DNA of 64,000 nt, taken from positions 52,020,001-52,084,000 of the forward strand of contig NC_087437.1 in NCBI RefSeq assembly GCF_036321535.1. The letters are read 5' to 3'. How positions within the stretch are numbered: position 1 is the first letter of the stretch; each line of letters starts with the position of its first letter. Below the pieces are notes generated by a model that was given only the letters and a program-made list of their open reading frames with translations, made no database searches and had not been told where the DNA came from. Made by a program: the position numbers and the translations under genes. Below, one piece after another: positions 13,863 to 29,299 of this stretch. Source of the stretch: Camelus dromedarius. Its lineage: Eukaryota.

Positions 13863-14078
13863 CAGTGCTTTTCAACCATGCCTCTTCCCACCCCAGACAT
13901 TTGCAGTGTCTACAGACATTTTTGCTTGTCACATCTGGGGCTGAGGGAGAGATGCTACTGGCGTCTAGTGGGTAGAGGCCAGGGATGCTGCTAAGCTTCC
14001 TGCAACGCACAGGGTAGTCCCCATAACAAAGAATTATCTCTCCCAAAATATCAATAGGGCAGAGATTTAGAAGCCCTG
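13863..14078. mobile_element. MER20-like hAT DNA transposon relic
   Basis: cagtgcttttcaacc...tgctactggcgtctagtgggtagaggccagggatgctgctaa...agaagccctg matches recalled MER20 motifs. Confidence 0.8.
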
Positions 14079-14451
14079 ATGTATTTTACTTTCACCACCA
14101 GCAGCTCTGTGAGTTATGTGTTTGTCCCTATTTTATACGTAAGGGCAGGAGATTAGTTTGCATCTAGAAAAAGTTAGTGACAGAAGTAAGCTGAAATGTT
14201 TATCTCCTTACTCCTGGAACAGAGTTCTTCCAATAGACTGCAGGCTCAGAATTGTGTCCTGATAGAGCTTTTAGATAGGTAACTGGCTGGCAGGCAGGCA
14301 GGCAGGAAGGTGGCAGAACCTGCTGGCGCATCATTTTAGCTTCTATATATATCAGAGTTAACTTCGAGATTTATCTCACATTTGTTAATTGATTCTTTAG
14401 TGTAGAAGGACATATGTAGTCTTTACCTGGTACTTTATCATCTATACTTTA

Positions 14452-14604
14452 TTATTTAAATTTTTTTTCTTTTTACTTTTTTATTAGGCGGTGGTAATTA
14501 GGTTTGCTTGCTTGTTTGTTTGTTTAATGGAGGTACTGGGGATTGAACCTAGGACCTCATGCATGCTAAGCATAAATTCTAGCACTGAATATACCCCCAC
14601 CCCC
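14452..14604 (-). mobile_element. tRNA-derived SINE, camelid-type
   Basis: Reverse-complement B-box region (ggggattgaacctagg); T-rich tail; 15-bp TSD atcatctatacttta (14437-14451) / atcatctgtacttta (14605-14619). Confidence 0.8.
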
Positions 14605-15337
14605 ATCATCTGTACTTTAAACTTTTTAGAATATGCTGGTATCCAGCTGTCTCTAACATTCGAAATTAATGACTAGTTCAAAGAGGTTTAAAATTCATAC
14701 CACCTCCGCCCCCCTCCACCCCCCCCCCAAAAAAACCAGAAAAAAATGATGATATACTCAGAAGACATTTTTATAACTCAGCCCACAAGGCAAGTCATTA
14801 GCCATTAGGAAGGTGTGATTGGAGGTAAAAACTACAGTTAATTTCTCATGAGATTCTAATTATCCCTGAAGGCTTGTCCAATTGCAGACATTTTCCAGAC
14901 ATTTATTAGCTCATTCCCCATTTATATTCACCATTCTTAGAACCACTGGTTTAAAAGTCTCTGAGAACATGAGGCTTTTAACAGGTAAATCATGGGATAA
15001 TGGTGCCGTTAGGCTCTTTCCAGATGCTGGGTGTAAGATTTTTAGGTAATCTGTCCTTATTCCTCCTTCCCCTTTTAGTGCAGCTTGGGTTTTTCTTAGG
15101 AAGAATAAGAAGAAATGAAAGTCGTTACTCACGTCATAGGATGTGTTATTTCACCACCATCCCTGTCACCCATATTTTCTGAACTGTCATCTTAATCTGG
15201 GTTTCAACTTGCCCTCACTCGTAAAAGCTGAGCCTGCTTAAAAATTAAACTAGTAGCTTGGGTTTGAGAAACAAAGTGTTCCCTGGATGTTGGCCCATTA
15301 CAAGTCACCAAATCTGTTCTCCTTGTTTCTGTTGTAG

Positions 15338-15410
15338 CTGTTGTCTGGCAGGTCGTGCCTATCCCCTTGGTGACATCCCTGAAGATCTTGTGCCCTTGGT
15401 TAAAAACCAG
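15338..15410 (+). CDS. VPS8: VPS8 exon 4: (S)CCLAGRAYPLGDIPEDLVPLVKNQ
   Basis: gttgtag|C...CAG|gttagt; 73 nt, phase 2/0. Confidence 0.95.
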
Positions 15411-15696
15411 GTTAGTGCTATTTTCATAGCATTTTTACTCTCTTATTAAGATGCAGTAAAGACAAATTGTAATTGAGGGTTACACATGGGTCAGGAGCTA
15501 TCAGCTATGACAGCAGAGGGCCTACCCACCATCCCCGAAGCCAGTAATTATAGCTGAGAGCAGTTAGAGAAGTTAAAACATAGTGGCAATTTAAACTAAA
15601 TTCAGCCTGCCTTTATTTTATCCAAATGAGAATCATTGCTTCAGCAAGATACTTTGTAGGGTGAGAAAATAATCAACTATTTTTTTCAATTTGCAG

Positions 15697-15816
15697 GTTT
15701 TTGAATTTCTAATTCGCCTGCATTCAGCAGAAGCTTCCCCTGAGGAAGAAATCTATCCCTATGTTCGAACTTTGCTACATTTTGACACAAGAGAATTTCT
15801 AAATGTATTGGCACTG
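15697..15816 (+). CDS. VPS8: VPS8 exon 5: VFEFLIRLHSAEASPEEEIYPYVRTLLHFDTREFLNVLAL
   Basis: ttgcag|GTT...CTG|gtaaga; 120 nt, phase 0/0. Confidence 0.95.
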
Positions 15817-17579
15817 GTAAGAGAGAATGTGATTCTAAGGTGTTTAAAAAGGAGTCAGGGTGATTTTTTTAATAGAAAGAAAGACAAATAATAATCCATA
15901 TGCAGGGATAATTTTCTTATCCTAGCAGTAAGTCAGGGTTTCAAATGTTTAATTTTGTTGTGCCAGTTGTATTTTCTAATTCATTATCTCCCTTTTACTC
16001 TTCCTTCCACCCTTCCTTCCCCTCTCTTTCCTCCCTTCCTGCTTCTGCTCTGTCTCTGTCTTTGTGTCCCTGTCTCTTTCTTACACATTTTTACAGAAAG
16101 TTAAAGCACAGTTATATGTGGTACATCTTTGATTTTGTAGATTATGTTAGCTTGCCTGCTAAATATGGAAGACGGCTCTGAAGGACATCTGGTGGTGACA
16201 ATGTAGTTGGAGTAACTGGAGTTAAAATGGAACAAGGAAGCTTCCTGTTGAAAAAAAAATCATTATAATGTTTTATTAAAGATAAAATACATAAAAGTTG
16301 CATGATCGGTTCAATTCTAGAGCAAATATGGTGCACTTCTGAACTTTGTCTTTCAAACTCAACATGAAATGGCTGAACAAAAAGCTTCAGAGATTCCATT
16401 TTGTCTGCCAATTTTTGTTAAGCTCAATCTGGGTGAGCCAGGTTCTCTGTGAAAATGCCCCCAGGGGAATAATTATATAAAACGTAATATATCTTCCCAA
16501 CTAAATAGTATTATAGTTTTTTTAAAAAGCTTTTGATAATATGGACTTATATTTGAATACTTAGTGGAGCATCAGGCTCACAAATGTATAAAACACAACT
16601 ATTGTATATGCACAATATTTGGAGAAAAAAGACAGGAAGGAAATACATCTAAATATTAATAGTGGAAGCAAAGCAGAGTTTTATGATTGCTAATGGATTA
16701 ATAATTGCCTGTATAATTAATGTTTTAATTTACTTAGTATATTTAAACTGGCTATATTATGAGCTGTATGTTCAATGAATATTTGCTCAGACTTTCACTT
16801 TATTTTGGTTATGCCTTCCTGAGCCCATCACCATTTCAGCATGTCATTCAGATTGTCATTTTCACACAGTTAAGTTGTTTTATTATTATGGAAATTATGG
16901 TTTAAGAGTAATTTGATATTGCACTTTTCAGTGTTGTGAAGAAGGAGTCTCCAAACATACAGCATTTATTTTTGTATAATTTTGAACCAAAATTGTAATC
17001 TCTTTTAATATTTAGGTAAGAACTAAAGCCCTGTATAGAGTGAAGTTTACGTTTGGCACTGAAAATGACAGGCATTTATTCCACTGAAAGATATAATTAA
17101 ATTTGAGAAATAAAAAAAAATTAATAGTGGTTAACTCTGTGAGATGGGGTAAATTTATATCATCAGCATATGGTGCTTTTATAAGTTGAATAATAAACTG
17201 TTAAATTTTTAAAAAGTAAGTGCTCATGAGAAGGTTAAGATTCTAATCATATTATACTTTGAACTAGTTTAATTTGAAAGTCTGATTTCAGAAGTGGTAA
17301 TTTTAACTGCATAGGAAGGAGAAAAAAGAAACTTAGAAATGGAAGTCAGATCTAGTTGGTTTAGGCAACGTTAGATGTCCAGAATAGAACATAAGGGTCT
17401 TGGTGTCTGGCATGTAGGAAAAAAAGAAACAAGGGGTTTCAGAAAGAGTAGTAGAAAGCAACAGAGAATTTTACCTAATTTTCATTTTTTAAGGACTGTG
17501 GTAGCACTGATGATAATTTGGAATTATGCTGATGTCTGAATTATGATACTGGGATTGATAGTAAGGCTGCAGTACAATC

Positions 17580-18460
17580 TCTCTGTCATTTCTTGACAAA
17601 TATTTTAGTACCAAGTGTATATATCACATGTACTGTACTAACTGGGCATGCACCCTGGGCTGACAGGATATGATCAAACTCTGCCGTTGTAGGGGAAGAG
17701 GATCCAGACTTGTGGACAGGTAATCACAGCACAGTGTAACGCATGTCACTGGAGGAGTGCAGTAGTAACACTTAGGAGGAGAATCTAATGAAGAGATAAG
17801 GAAGATGTCTTCCATGAAATGATGTCCATGAGGAGTCTCAAGGGATGTGCTGAAGTTAGGTTAAGGATAGGGAAAAATATTCTAGGCAGAAGGATACAAT
17901 ATGTAAAAAGTCCTGGAAATAAGACAAAGCAATGTGTGTTCAAGTAATTGAAAAAAAAATCAGTATTTATTATGGCCACATCTTTCTGTAAGGAAGCCTC
18001 CAGAGAGCGAGAAATCACGAGAGGTAGGTAGAAACTGAGTTTTGTAATCCATGGTAAGGAGTTTGGACTTTATACTAGAGCAGTAGGTAGCCATTAAAGC
18101 CTTTTAGGTAGAAAAATACCCTGAAGAGTAGTTAAGAAAAATTCCTCCTGACTGTTGGATGGAAATGGATTGAAATAAGATGAGATTGGAGGCAAAAAGA
18201 TGGTAGCAGTATTTTCTGATAATCTAGATAGAAAATAATGGTGGCTGGAATTAGGGCAGTGATAGTGGGAATAGTAAGACATGGAAGGGTTTGAAAGATA
18301 TTTTAGGAGGCAAATCAGCCTAAAATTTAGGGCTTACTGTGCAGTTGGATGTGAAAGAGAAGACAAATAGGGAAGCGCCAAAATACCCAGATTTCTGACT
18401 TGCTGAACTGGATGGTTGGTGGTTTATTTGTGGATTCAACAGGGAATCAGGAGAAACAAG
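17580..18460. mobile_element. L2 LINE relic
   Basis: Typical L2 motifs (ggagtttggactttat...agccattaaag...cccagatttctgacttg); approximate. Confidence 0.6.
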
Positions 18461-18799
18461 TTTCTTAGGAGATGGATAGGGGTGGGAAGCAGAGTAGTGA
18501 TGAGGTGTAGATGGAGTAGATAATTCGTTCTTTTTTGGAACGCCTGAAAGACTAGTGGAGGTTTCCTTCTACGGGCGTGCATCAAAGTTGGCAGCATCCC
18601 CAAATACTGGAGCTGGAGAAATTGATGAATCCTAAATCCTGGATTCACTGCCTGTTATATCTGCCATAACTGATTAATCAAAAAACCTTCCTACTAATGT
18701 ACCTCAATAAAAAGAACGTTTTCAGGGAGACCCAAAAGAATTTAGATGACAGACTTTTAAATCATTTTCTCCTTTTTAAATTTAGGAATTTTTTTTTCA

Positions 18800-21350
18800 A
18801 GTGAGGTTTTTAAATTTAGCTTTCTTGAGGTTTAATTTACACAAAATATGATTCACCCATTTCAAGAGAAGAGTTTGACAAACATGCAGTCTTATAACCA
18901 CTACTGCAGTCTAGATAGAGAACATTTCTATTCCCCCCAGTCACTTTTGCAGTTTTGTAGTTAGTCCCATCCCTACCCTTGGCAACTGCTGGTCTGCTTT
19001 GTGACAGTGTAGTTTTACCTTTTCTAGAATGTAATTTATATAGAATCATACACTTTGTAGTTTTTTCTGACTTCTTTCACTTGTAATACTTCTGACATTT
19101 ATCCGTGCTGTTGCTTATATCACTAGATTGTTCCTCTTTATGGCTATGTAGTTTTCTGTTTTATGCATATATAATTGTTGATCCATTCACCAGTAGGTGG
19201 TCCTTGGGGTTGTTTCCAGTTTTAGGCTATTACGAATAAAACTCATGAATATTTACATAAAGGCCTTTGTGTGGACATATATTTTTATTCCTCTTGAGTG
19301 AATACTGAGGAATGGAGTTGCTGGTCATTTAAGTGTATTATTTTACTTTGTAAGAAATTGATGAACTGTTCTAAAGTGATTCTACCATTTTACATTCCCA
19401 CCAGTAGTACATGAGAGTATCAGTCCTTTCATTTTCTCTCCAACACTTGGCATTGTCAGTCTTTAATTTGATGATTCTAATAGGTGTGTAATGGTATCTC
19501 ATTGTGGTTTTAATTTATATTTTCCTCCTGACTACTAGAGGAGTATATCTTCATTAAAATATATTAACAAATAAAATATGTTTGCCATCCATATATTCTC
19601 TTTGGAGAAATATCTGTTCAATTTTTTTGTCCATTTCCTGCTCTATTCTTTAAAATTGTGTTTGTTTTCCTGTTGGTTTTGGAATTCTTTATATATAAGT
19701 TCTTTATTAGATTACATAAGTCTAGCAGATGTTTTCTCCCAGTCTGTAGTTTGTCTTTTCATTCTCCTAATGTCTTTTTTTTTTAATTCCATTATTGTGG
19801 TGTAATTCCTGTACAGTAAACAACACATATTTCAGATGTACAATTTGATGAATTTTGATAGATGTATACACCTGTGAAACCACCACCACAATCAAGAAAG
19901 CTAACATTTCTATTACTCCCCAAGACGTGCAAGTTTGGAACTCCCGATTTTTCCCTTCCCACCCTCTACCCACTGGTAACCATAAGTTTGTTCTCTATGT
20001 CTGTGAGTCTGTTTCTATCTTGTAGATGAGTTCATGTGTGTTCTTTTTCTGACAATATCTTTTGAATAGAAGAAGTTAAAAAATTTTTTTATTGAAGTAT
20101 AGTCAGTTTACAATGTTGTGTCAGTTTCTGATGTACAGTGTAGTGTTTCAGTCACACATATACATGCATACATTTGTTTTCATATTCTTTTTCATTATAG
20201 GTTACTACAAAATACTGAATATAGTTCCCTGTGCTATACAGAAGAAACTTATTGTTTATCTATTTTGTATCTAATAGTATCTGCAAATCTCAATCTACTA
20301 ATGTATCCCTTTGTACCTCCTTTCCCCTTGGTAGCTGTAAGTCTGTTTTCTGACTGTGAATTTGTTTCTGGTTTGTAAATAAGTTCTTTTGTGTGTTTTT
20401 TTAGATTCCACATATAATTCATATTATATGATATTTTTCTTTCTCTTTCCGGCTTACTTCACTTAGAATGATGATCTCCAGGTCCATCCATGTTGCTGCA
20501 AATGGCATTATTTTATTCCTTTTTTGTCTGAGTAGTATTCCATTGTATAAATATACCACAATTTCTTTATCCAGTCATCTGTCAATGGACATTTAGGTTG
20601 CTTTCATGTCTTGGCTATTGTAAATAGTGCTGCTAAATTTTGATTGTCTAATTTATTAGTTTTGTTTTATGGGTCATGCTTTTGGTGTCATATCTTAGAA
20701 ATCTCTGCCTAACCTAAAGTCACAAAGATTTTCTCTTGTATTTCTTTTAGAAGCCTTATGCTTTTAGGTTTTATATTTAGATCAGTGATCCATTTTGAAG
20801 AAATTTTTGCATGTGGTACAATGTTCAGATGCAAGTTCTTTGTTCTTTTTTTGCATATAGATACCTAACTCTTACAGCACTGTTTGACAAAAAGGCTGTC
20901 CTTTCTTTACTGAATTGTCTTTGTACTTTGTCAAGGTTTGTCATCTTTGTATATGGGTCTACTTGTGAACTCTATTCTATGCCACTGGTCTATTTCTTGA
21001 TCTTGATGCTGGTAACGTGCTGTCTTGGTTACTATAGGTTTATAATGAGTACAAAAATCATATTATGTTAGCTCTTCTATGTTCTTGTTCTTCTTCAAAG
21101 TTACTTTGTCTTTTATAGTTGGTTTTTTTTTTGCATTTTAATATGAGTTTTTAGAGTTATCATATTAATTTCTACAAAAGCTTGCCTGGATTTTGACTAG
21201 AGTTATGTTCAATGTTTAGTCAATTTAAGAGTTAACATCTTAGCAATAGTGAGTTTTCTGACCCATGAAAAGATATACTGTTCCATTTATTTAGGTCTTC
21301 TTTAATTTTTGTCAGCAATATTTTTTAGTTTTCAGTGTAGTTTTCAGAGT
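18800..21350 (-). mobile_element. Old L1 (L1MB-like) hosting younger L1 3' fragments
   Basis: L1 antisense 3'UTR/ORF2 motifs that resume after the nested inserts at about 19773-20047 and 20085-20635. Confidence 0.8.
20085..20635 (-). mobile_element. Young 5'-truncated L1 3' end
   Basis: Poly-T then ttattgaagtatagtcagtttacaatg...; clearly homologous to 24337-25083 (+) and 41004-41687 (-); short aaatttt repeat on both flanks. Confidence 0.85.
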
Positions 21351-22749
21351 GATAAGGATTCCTCTACTGTTGTACAATTTTAAAATTTTGATAAATTAAA
21401 AATTGCCTCCCTCTTATTTTGCTTTGTATATTCCTATAAAGAAAACTAATGTCAACTGGATTTTTCCTAACTTTCCCAGGGGCTTAGTCTCTTTTTCCTA
21501 AAGGATCAGAATACTTTTTTTGTATTTAAAGACACTATAGGTTTAAATGCTTTTTCTGTGTCATTATCTTGTATTTCATCTTCAGAAACTCCAATTCTTT
21601 TGTATATTGTATCTTCTTTATCTTGTAACATTTATCACCTTTTCTTTGCTCTCCTTTACTTCATTCTTTATTTAAATGTTATTTCCTTGGTTCATTTCAA
21701 TTATGAAAAGAATTTTTCATTTCTCTTTCTATGCTTTTGGTCAAATCTGTTCTCCCTTCAGTGGGGCTTGTAATTCTGTCTATATTTCTGAGATGACTTT
21801 TTTAAAAAAATATTTTCTGAGTTCAGTTAGCTCTTATTTCATATCTTCCTGCTCTTTATTCATTTCTTTTCTGTATTCTCAAATTTCTGGTTTTTGACGT
21901 TCTTTCATATCTACAATTGTATTCTTAATATGTATTGAGATAGTGTTATATATAGTTTACCTCTGTTTTGTGGCTAGTTTTTATTTATATTCTGGAGTGC
22001 CTCATTTGCTGTTTTTATTGTCATTTTTTGCTGTTGGATTTTTCTGGACTAGCAGTAATAGGTCACCTTGTTGGATGGTGAGAGAAAACTACCTGCTGTT
22101 TTTCCTCATTCCAGTACCTTCTTTATTTGCTACAACCAAGTGCAATTTCTTAAATAGTGTCTTTTGAGGGTAGTCTGTTGTCTTCTCAACCTTTGACATT
22201 CTCTTTGTTTTAGCAGGACCTTTATCTTGAACCACTTCCTTCTTTACCACAAGTCTCCAGTGAATTCCCTTTTCTCTTTTCAGTAGAGAAGAATTCTCTC
22301 TTCCATTCTCTTTTCTATCTCAAAAGTTTTATCTTATCAAGACTTCTGACCCACGCTTGTCAGACTCCTTTCTTTGATCTTCCCATTGGCCAGTGCTCTG
22401 CTCCACCAGGTCTCAAATCTGACCTCAGTATTTCCTCACCCAAGATGGATCTCTCTTTCCTTCTGGAGGTGAATTCCATTTGATAGTATAGGTGTTCTGT
22501 TGGCCCACTGAAACCTTGCCACACTCTCCTTTCCTCTTCTCAATTCTGTCCTGACTTCTTTTTGGTTTTATGGGCTTTGGATCCAACTTTGCTAAGTTAG
22601 GGGTATTTATTTTCCCACTTATATAAAAGTTGAAGTTTGTAATATTTCTTGTTTTTCTAGCTTTCCCTTTAGCCTGAGTTGTGGGTGATTCTTTTTGTTC
22701 TTTTCTATATACAGGGATCTTATTGGGAGATGTGTGAAGATATTAGGAC

Positions 22750-22940
22750 AGAGGTCCACAAACTACATCCTATAGACCAAATTCAGCTCCATTTGACCTC
22801 TGGCCTGTGTGGGATAAGAATTTTTTAAATATTTTTAAGGGTTATAAAAACAGAAGAAAAATGTCATGGAAACCACATGTATCTCAGAAAGTCTGAAGTG
22901 TTTTCTCTCTGGCCTTTTGCAGAGTGTTTGTTGGCCCTTG
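22750..22940. mobile_element. MER58-like hAT relic
   Basis: cagaggtccacaaactac...tttgcagagtgtttgttggcccttg termini. Confidence 0.55.
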
Positions 22941-24336
22941 GATTAGGGTTTAGCCAACTATCATTATCTTATAGAAACCCTATAATAATTTTGGGGACTG
23001 CAGGAAGAAGTTTTTATGACCAAATTCACAAGTGACTCTGAACTTGAGTTGTGGGTTTACCTTTGTTGCTCACAAACTGCGTCATTCTCCAATAGAACAT
23101 CTTTGCATGTTATCCCTCTAAAAAGCCTTGCATAATTAGAAGCATCTTTGTGGAATGATAACGTTTTAACGGAGATGTGCCATTTTGGTGACAGCTGTTA
23201 ACTACAATCAAAACATGTCATTATGTGTATCCCAGTATTCATAATGTAGTATATCACCACTTAATTATGTTTACAGAAGTAAACTTGCAATATCTGTTTC
23301 AAAGCAGTGACTACATGCTGCCAAAAAGAAAACGGATAAGGAAATTCTTTTTTACTTGCTGTCAATGCTGTAGTTATTTAATGCCTGTGTTAATTATCCA
23401 TGGCTTTGTGTTTTAGTTGAATAGCACTTGTATTAGTAGATAGTACCTTCTCTTGTGACAGTGGAGTGACGTCTGAGATAGGGGGGTTATGTGTTTGTGC
23501 AAGTTGTATATGTGTTTGTTGTTCTCAGAAACCTTAGACAGAACTGGGAGACTTCTTAGACTATATTTGCATTTTCAGGAAGGGTCATAATTTAACCCAC
23601 ATAAACATCAAAATATCTTGTTTGGGCTTTCCAGATTAAGAGTTCCTGTAGTCTCCTAGGTAACTCATTTTAGCTTTTCTCAACTAAGTGGCAGCAAAGC
23701 ATTCTAGATGAAGAATAGTTGTAAAAAAAAAAAAGATTTTATTTTTCTCTGTAATTAACTAGATAAATCAGTAGTCATTTGTTTAAAGTGCTTACTGTGT
23801 GTCAGATAAGAAAAGGGAAGGAGTGGCATGCTAGTAAGAAAAGTATGAGCAAAGGTACATTGGAGAAGTTGGGGAAGCTCAGGGCCCATATAAAGAACAG
23901 CAAGTATTCCGGTTTGAATGTAGCTATGATATATTCTTGAAAGTTTATGGCTTTAAAATTCCTTTTTTTTCTTTTTTTAATCTTTTGGGATAATGTGTAG
24001 TCTATTTTTTTGCTTCAGGAAAATAAGCAGTAAATTATTGCTGTGTGAATTTAAAACATTTCTCATAGCCAGATGTGCTAAGTGAAAACTGTAGGAAAGG
24101 TTTTCAAGTTTTTCATCATTCTTATTATTTAATAAATACTTTCTTTCAATTTTTTGATAGTGAAGACAATTTTAATTTCTTCATATATGCATCCTATAGC
24201 TACTAGGTATTTTTAGAATCTGATGCTGTCATTTACTTTGGTGCATATTCCATTCAAAATATATTTGGTTCTACTTGAGCAGGGACATAAAATACCAGAA
24301 GTGCTGTACTTGACAATGTTTTGAAAATAGAATACC

Positions 24337-25701
<1,365 letters not shown>

Positions 25702-26252
25702 GAAAATAGAACACCTATTCTTTGTATATAGCCTTGAGGATTGTAATATTGTGAGAGTATTACCATAATAATTTTTTGACATATCTATTGTTGAATATCA
25801 TTTTTTCCTAGTTGTCATGGAAATCATGAAAATTATTTTTAGTGGCAGTTAACAAACTGTATTTCAGTTATTATTTCCAAACAGCATGATGGACGGAATG
25901 ATGGCTGAGCATGTAATATGTATTTCATCCTTCTCAATCCCTCCTTACTCACAGATTGCCTTCCATTATTTCTTTTTTGTTGCTTATAAACTTTGCTTTC
26001 TTTCTTGACTCACTTTTTGGTTGTATGAGAATCACTATATTTTTATACCTTATTCAGAATCCATGTAGTATTTTAATGCTTTAGCTTTCTATCTAACTCA
26101 CTAAAAATAACTTATTGTTAAAGCTATATAAGGAAAAATCTGCATGAGGAATGGTTATCTTATTTGGGAATTTACCTATTAGCAAGAATATAATATCTAA
26201 TTTCCGTCTAAAATTTTCAAATAATACTTATTTTAAAATTTTTTCCTTTTAG

Positions 26253-26324
26253 ACTTTTGAAGATTTTAAAAATGACAAGCAAGCTGTAGAATATCAACAA
26301 CGTATTGTGGATATTTTGTTGAAA
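26253..26324 (+). CDS. VPS8: VPS8 exon 6: TFEDFKNDKQAVEYQQRIVDILLK
   Basis: ttccttttag|ACT...AAA|gtaagt; 72 nt, phase 0/0. Confidence 0.95.
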
Positions 26325-27299
26325 GTAAGTACTCAATACATGTCTTTGTATTGATGTTTATATTAAGAAAACTGAACTATTTTATAGCAAGTTCTAAAAT
26401 AATCTTTAATAAAGCAATATGTTGCAATCATTTAAAAATTTATTATGATATCTTTGTCTTTAGAAGCTGAATGCAGTATCAGTTATTCATTCAAATGAGT
26501 TAATGTATGTGAGCTTTAGAGTGGGTACTAGGATATAGGGTACTACTCATGAGAAATCTATATTGTGATAATTGCTATATTAACATGATTACTTTCAATA
26601 ATAGAGACTAACTTCAGAATGCTTTGAGAAAATAATTAATGTGGAGAGTCTCCTTCTGTCTCATACCTATATCGCTATGTTGCTAAGGTAGTGGCATATG
26701 TCGTTTTGCCATGGTACTGATATGATGGGTGACACTTAAGAATGATTTGAGGCACTCAGAGATGACCATCCCAATCTAAGTCTAACTAGATTCATTTGAA
26801 AACTATTTTGAGATTCATGCTGTTGCTAGTGAATGAATGCAGAGACAAATTCTTTTCCTTTCCACCTGCACAGCTTCAGCCAGACCGGTTTCTTCTTGTG
26901 GTTGAAAGCTTAGAGTTTTGTCCTGTTCACTTGGCTAGTAAAATGGAGATTTCTTCTTCTTAGTGACTTTTAGATTATTTTGGACAAAAGACCAAAATTA
27001 AAATGTTCTCTAGTTGCACATAACATTAGTGCATTTATTACATGTATAATAATTCTTTATAATTTTCAAAGCACATTTATATACGCTTTCTCATTTGAAA
27101 TATTAATTGACCTTGTAAGATAAGCAGTTATGAAGATGAGAACAGGATTGCTAAGCTCCCAAATAATACCAGGTGGCCAGCAGGGAGAATTTTCACCTAG
27201 ATTTCTAAAATACCTTCCTAAATGGTCTGATTCTTGTCCTACATTAATTTGTGATCTTACCTGTCCTCTACCTAATATTCTTCTACGGCTCCACATTGA

Positions 27300-27800
27300 C
27301 TTGTTTGGAATTAAGTTCTGCTGTGAGAGAAAGTTCAGAATAGCAGTAGCTTAATTGTTATGGAAATTTCTTTTTCTTCTGTGAACCTGGAGAGCAGGCA
27401 ACCTGATCTAGTAGAGTGGCTTCAGAAACTTCTCAGGGATGCACATTCTTTCTGTCTTACTGCTTTTATTCCTAGTGCATGGTTTCTGTCTTTTGATCTA
27501 ACATGGCTGCTCAAGCTCCAGCCATCACCTCTGCATTCTAGCTAGCCTGAATGCAGAAAAAGATGAAGAGTGTTCCCTCTCTTTAAGAAAATTTCTTCGA
27601 AGTTGCTTACTGCAATTCTGTGTATATCTTGTTGATCAGAACTAAGGTGTATGACCCTTTAGCTGCTGATTGAGACTGAGAGATATACTCTGTATTGTGG
27701 ATGGCCATGTGTTTAGCTAAAAATGAGGAATTCTGCTTCTGAATTAGGAAGAAGGAACAGATGTTGGAGTACAGGTACTGGTTTCTGCCATATTCGTCTA
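27300..27800. mobile_element. Old MaLR (MLT1-like) LTR relic
   Basis: MLT1-like motifs by eye (atggctgctcaagctccagccatcac...tgatcagaact); approximate. Confidence 0.5.
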
Positions 27801-29299
27801 AACTGTTTAACCTGGCATCCAAGATCCTTCTATATCTTCTGGTCCCTGACTACTTCTCTTATAACTGCTCCCCTCTCCTACCACACACCACCCCCACCAA
27901 AAGCACGCATTCTGTATTATGAACTCCTCAACTGTATTAAATTGTTGGAATTCACTAAATGTTCTGTGTCATCTTTATGGCTTATATTCTTTGCATGAAA
28001 TTTTCTTTCATCCTGTCATGCCTTTTCCTTTCCTTTCTCTGTCTAGCAAATTCCTAACCATTTTTCAAAATGTAACTCAAATATCACCCATGAGAAACTC
28101 TTTTAGAACCCTCTCCCATGCTTCCTTCAACATACAGCACTTGGTGCTACCCTTGGCACACTGCAAGGTAATTGTATACACGTATATTTTCCTGCTTGGA
28201 CTTAAGCTTTCTGTAGGGAGAGACTGTGATGGCTTGTTTCGTTTTGGTTTTTGGGTTTTTTTGGTCGTTGTTTTAACATGCCCAGAGCATGTCCAACACA
28301 ATGCCTGCAACCTGGTGGATATTCAAGAGATATCTGCAAGTTGATTGAATTGGAATTCAGATTTAAAAATATACTAAGTTGGAAGAATGATAATGAAGAA
28401 AGAAAAGCTCCATAAAATACTTCAGCTATCACTGTTGGTGAATTGCTAGTTGTGTATTGCTTTGTTAGTGTTTACACATGGTCCATGAAGAATGCACTTT
28501 TGAGATTATTTTCTCATTTCTGGTGAGAGAGTTGCACTCATTTGTTAAAGTGTTCTTTCCAGGGAGCCTAGGCAATGACTAGGGAACAAACAAATAAGCG
28601 TCAAATCTAAGGCATTACGTGTGCTGAATGGCTGCAGACATAGAAAGGGAATGCTGTTGATTTGTGACTTTGTATAAGATTGCCCAGAAAATTTTGAAAG
28701 TGTGGTCTCTGAAATTGGTTGGAGAGTGGAAATGGAAAGAAGCCAAAATTTCTAAGATGATAACCAGTTACACACTGGCTGAGGTGGCAAGGGAAGGAGC
28801 TGCGAGTTAGGGCTGTTTCCTTAAAATGAATTTCTTGGATCAGACAGTTAAAGAGTTTACACTTGGCAAAAAGAAGGGCTTAAAGCAGAGAAGAGCACTA
28901 TCTGGGACCCAAGAGTTGAGTTGTAGGGAAGGACCTGCACACTGAAAGGGAGTGAAGACGGGGTTTTTAAAGCGGTATAGAAAGCTCTTTGAATGTTATA
29001 AATTGGAATTTAGAAACACAGATTATAGCTTGAAATATCCTTGTACTCTAGTAATGATTAATTATGCACTTGAGCAAGCTGTAATTGCTGGGCTAAAAGC
29101 AGGAAGAGTAAAAGAAAGGAACATACTGCCTAGCAAAGTAAAAGGTAGGCCAAAAGCTGGGCCCCAAGGGAATGTTTTATAATAGGAGAAACCTTATAAT
29201 TTATCTTTGAATGGAGAATGGAAGGAGGGAATTCAGGACTTTTTGATAGATGAAACAGTATCCTATTCCCTAATTTGTTGTAGAGTTGCCTCCATAAAT

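Noticed and set aside
18526..18718. CpG-containing stretch with a 10-bp inverted repeat (cgttcttttt / aaaaagaacg) and AATAAA
   Set aside because: Low-complexity arms, no TSD and no recognisable ORF; not enough for a MITE or retrocopy call.
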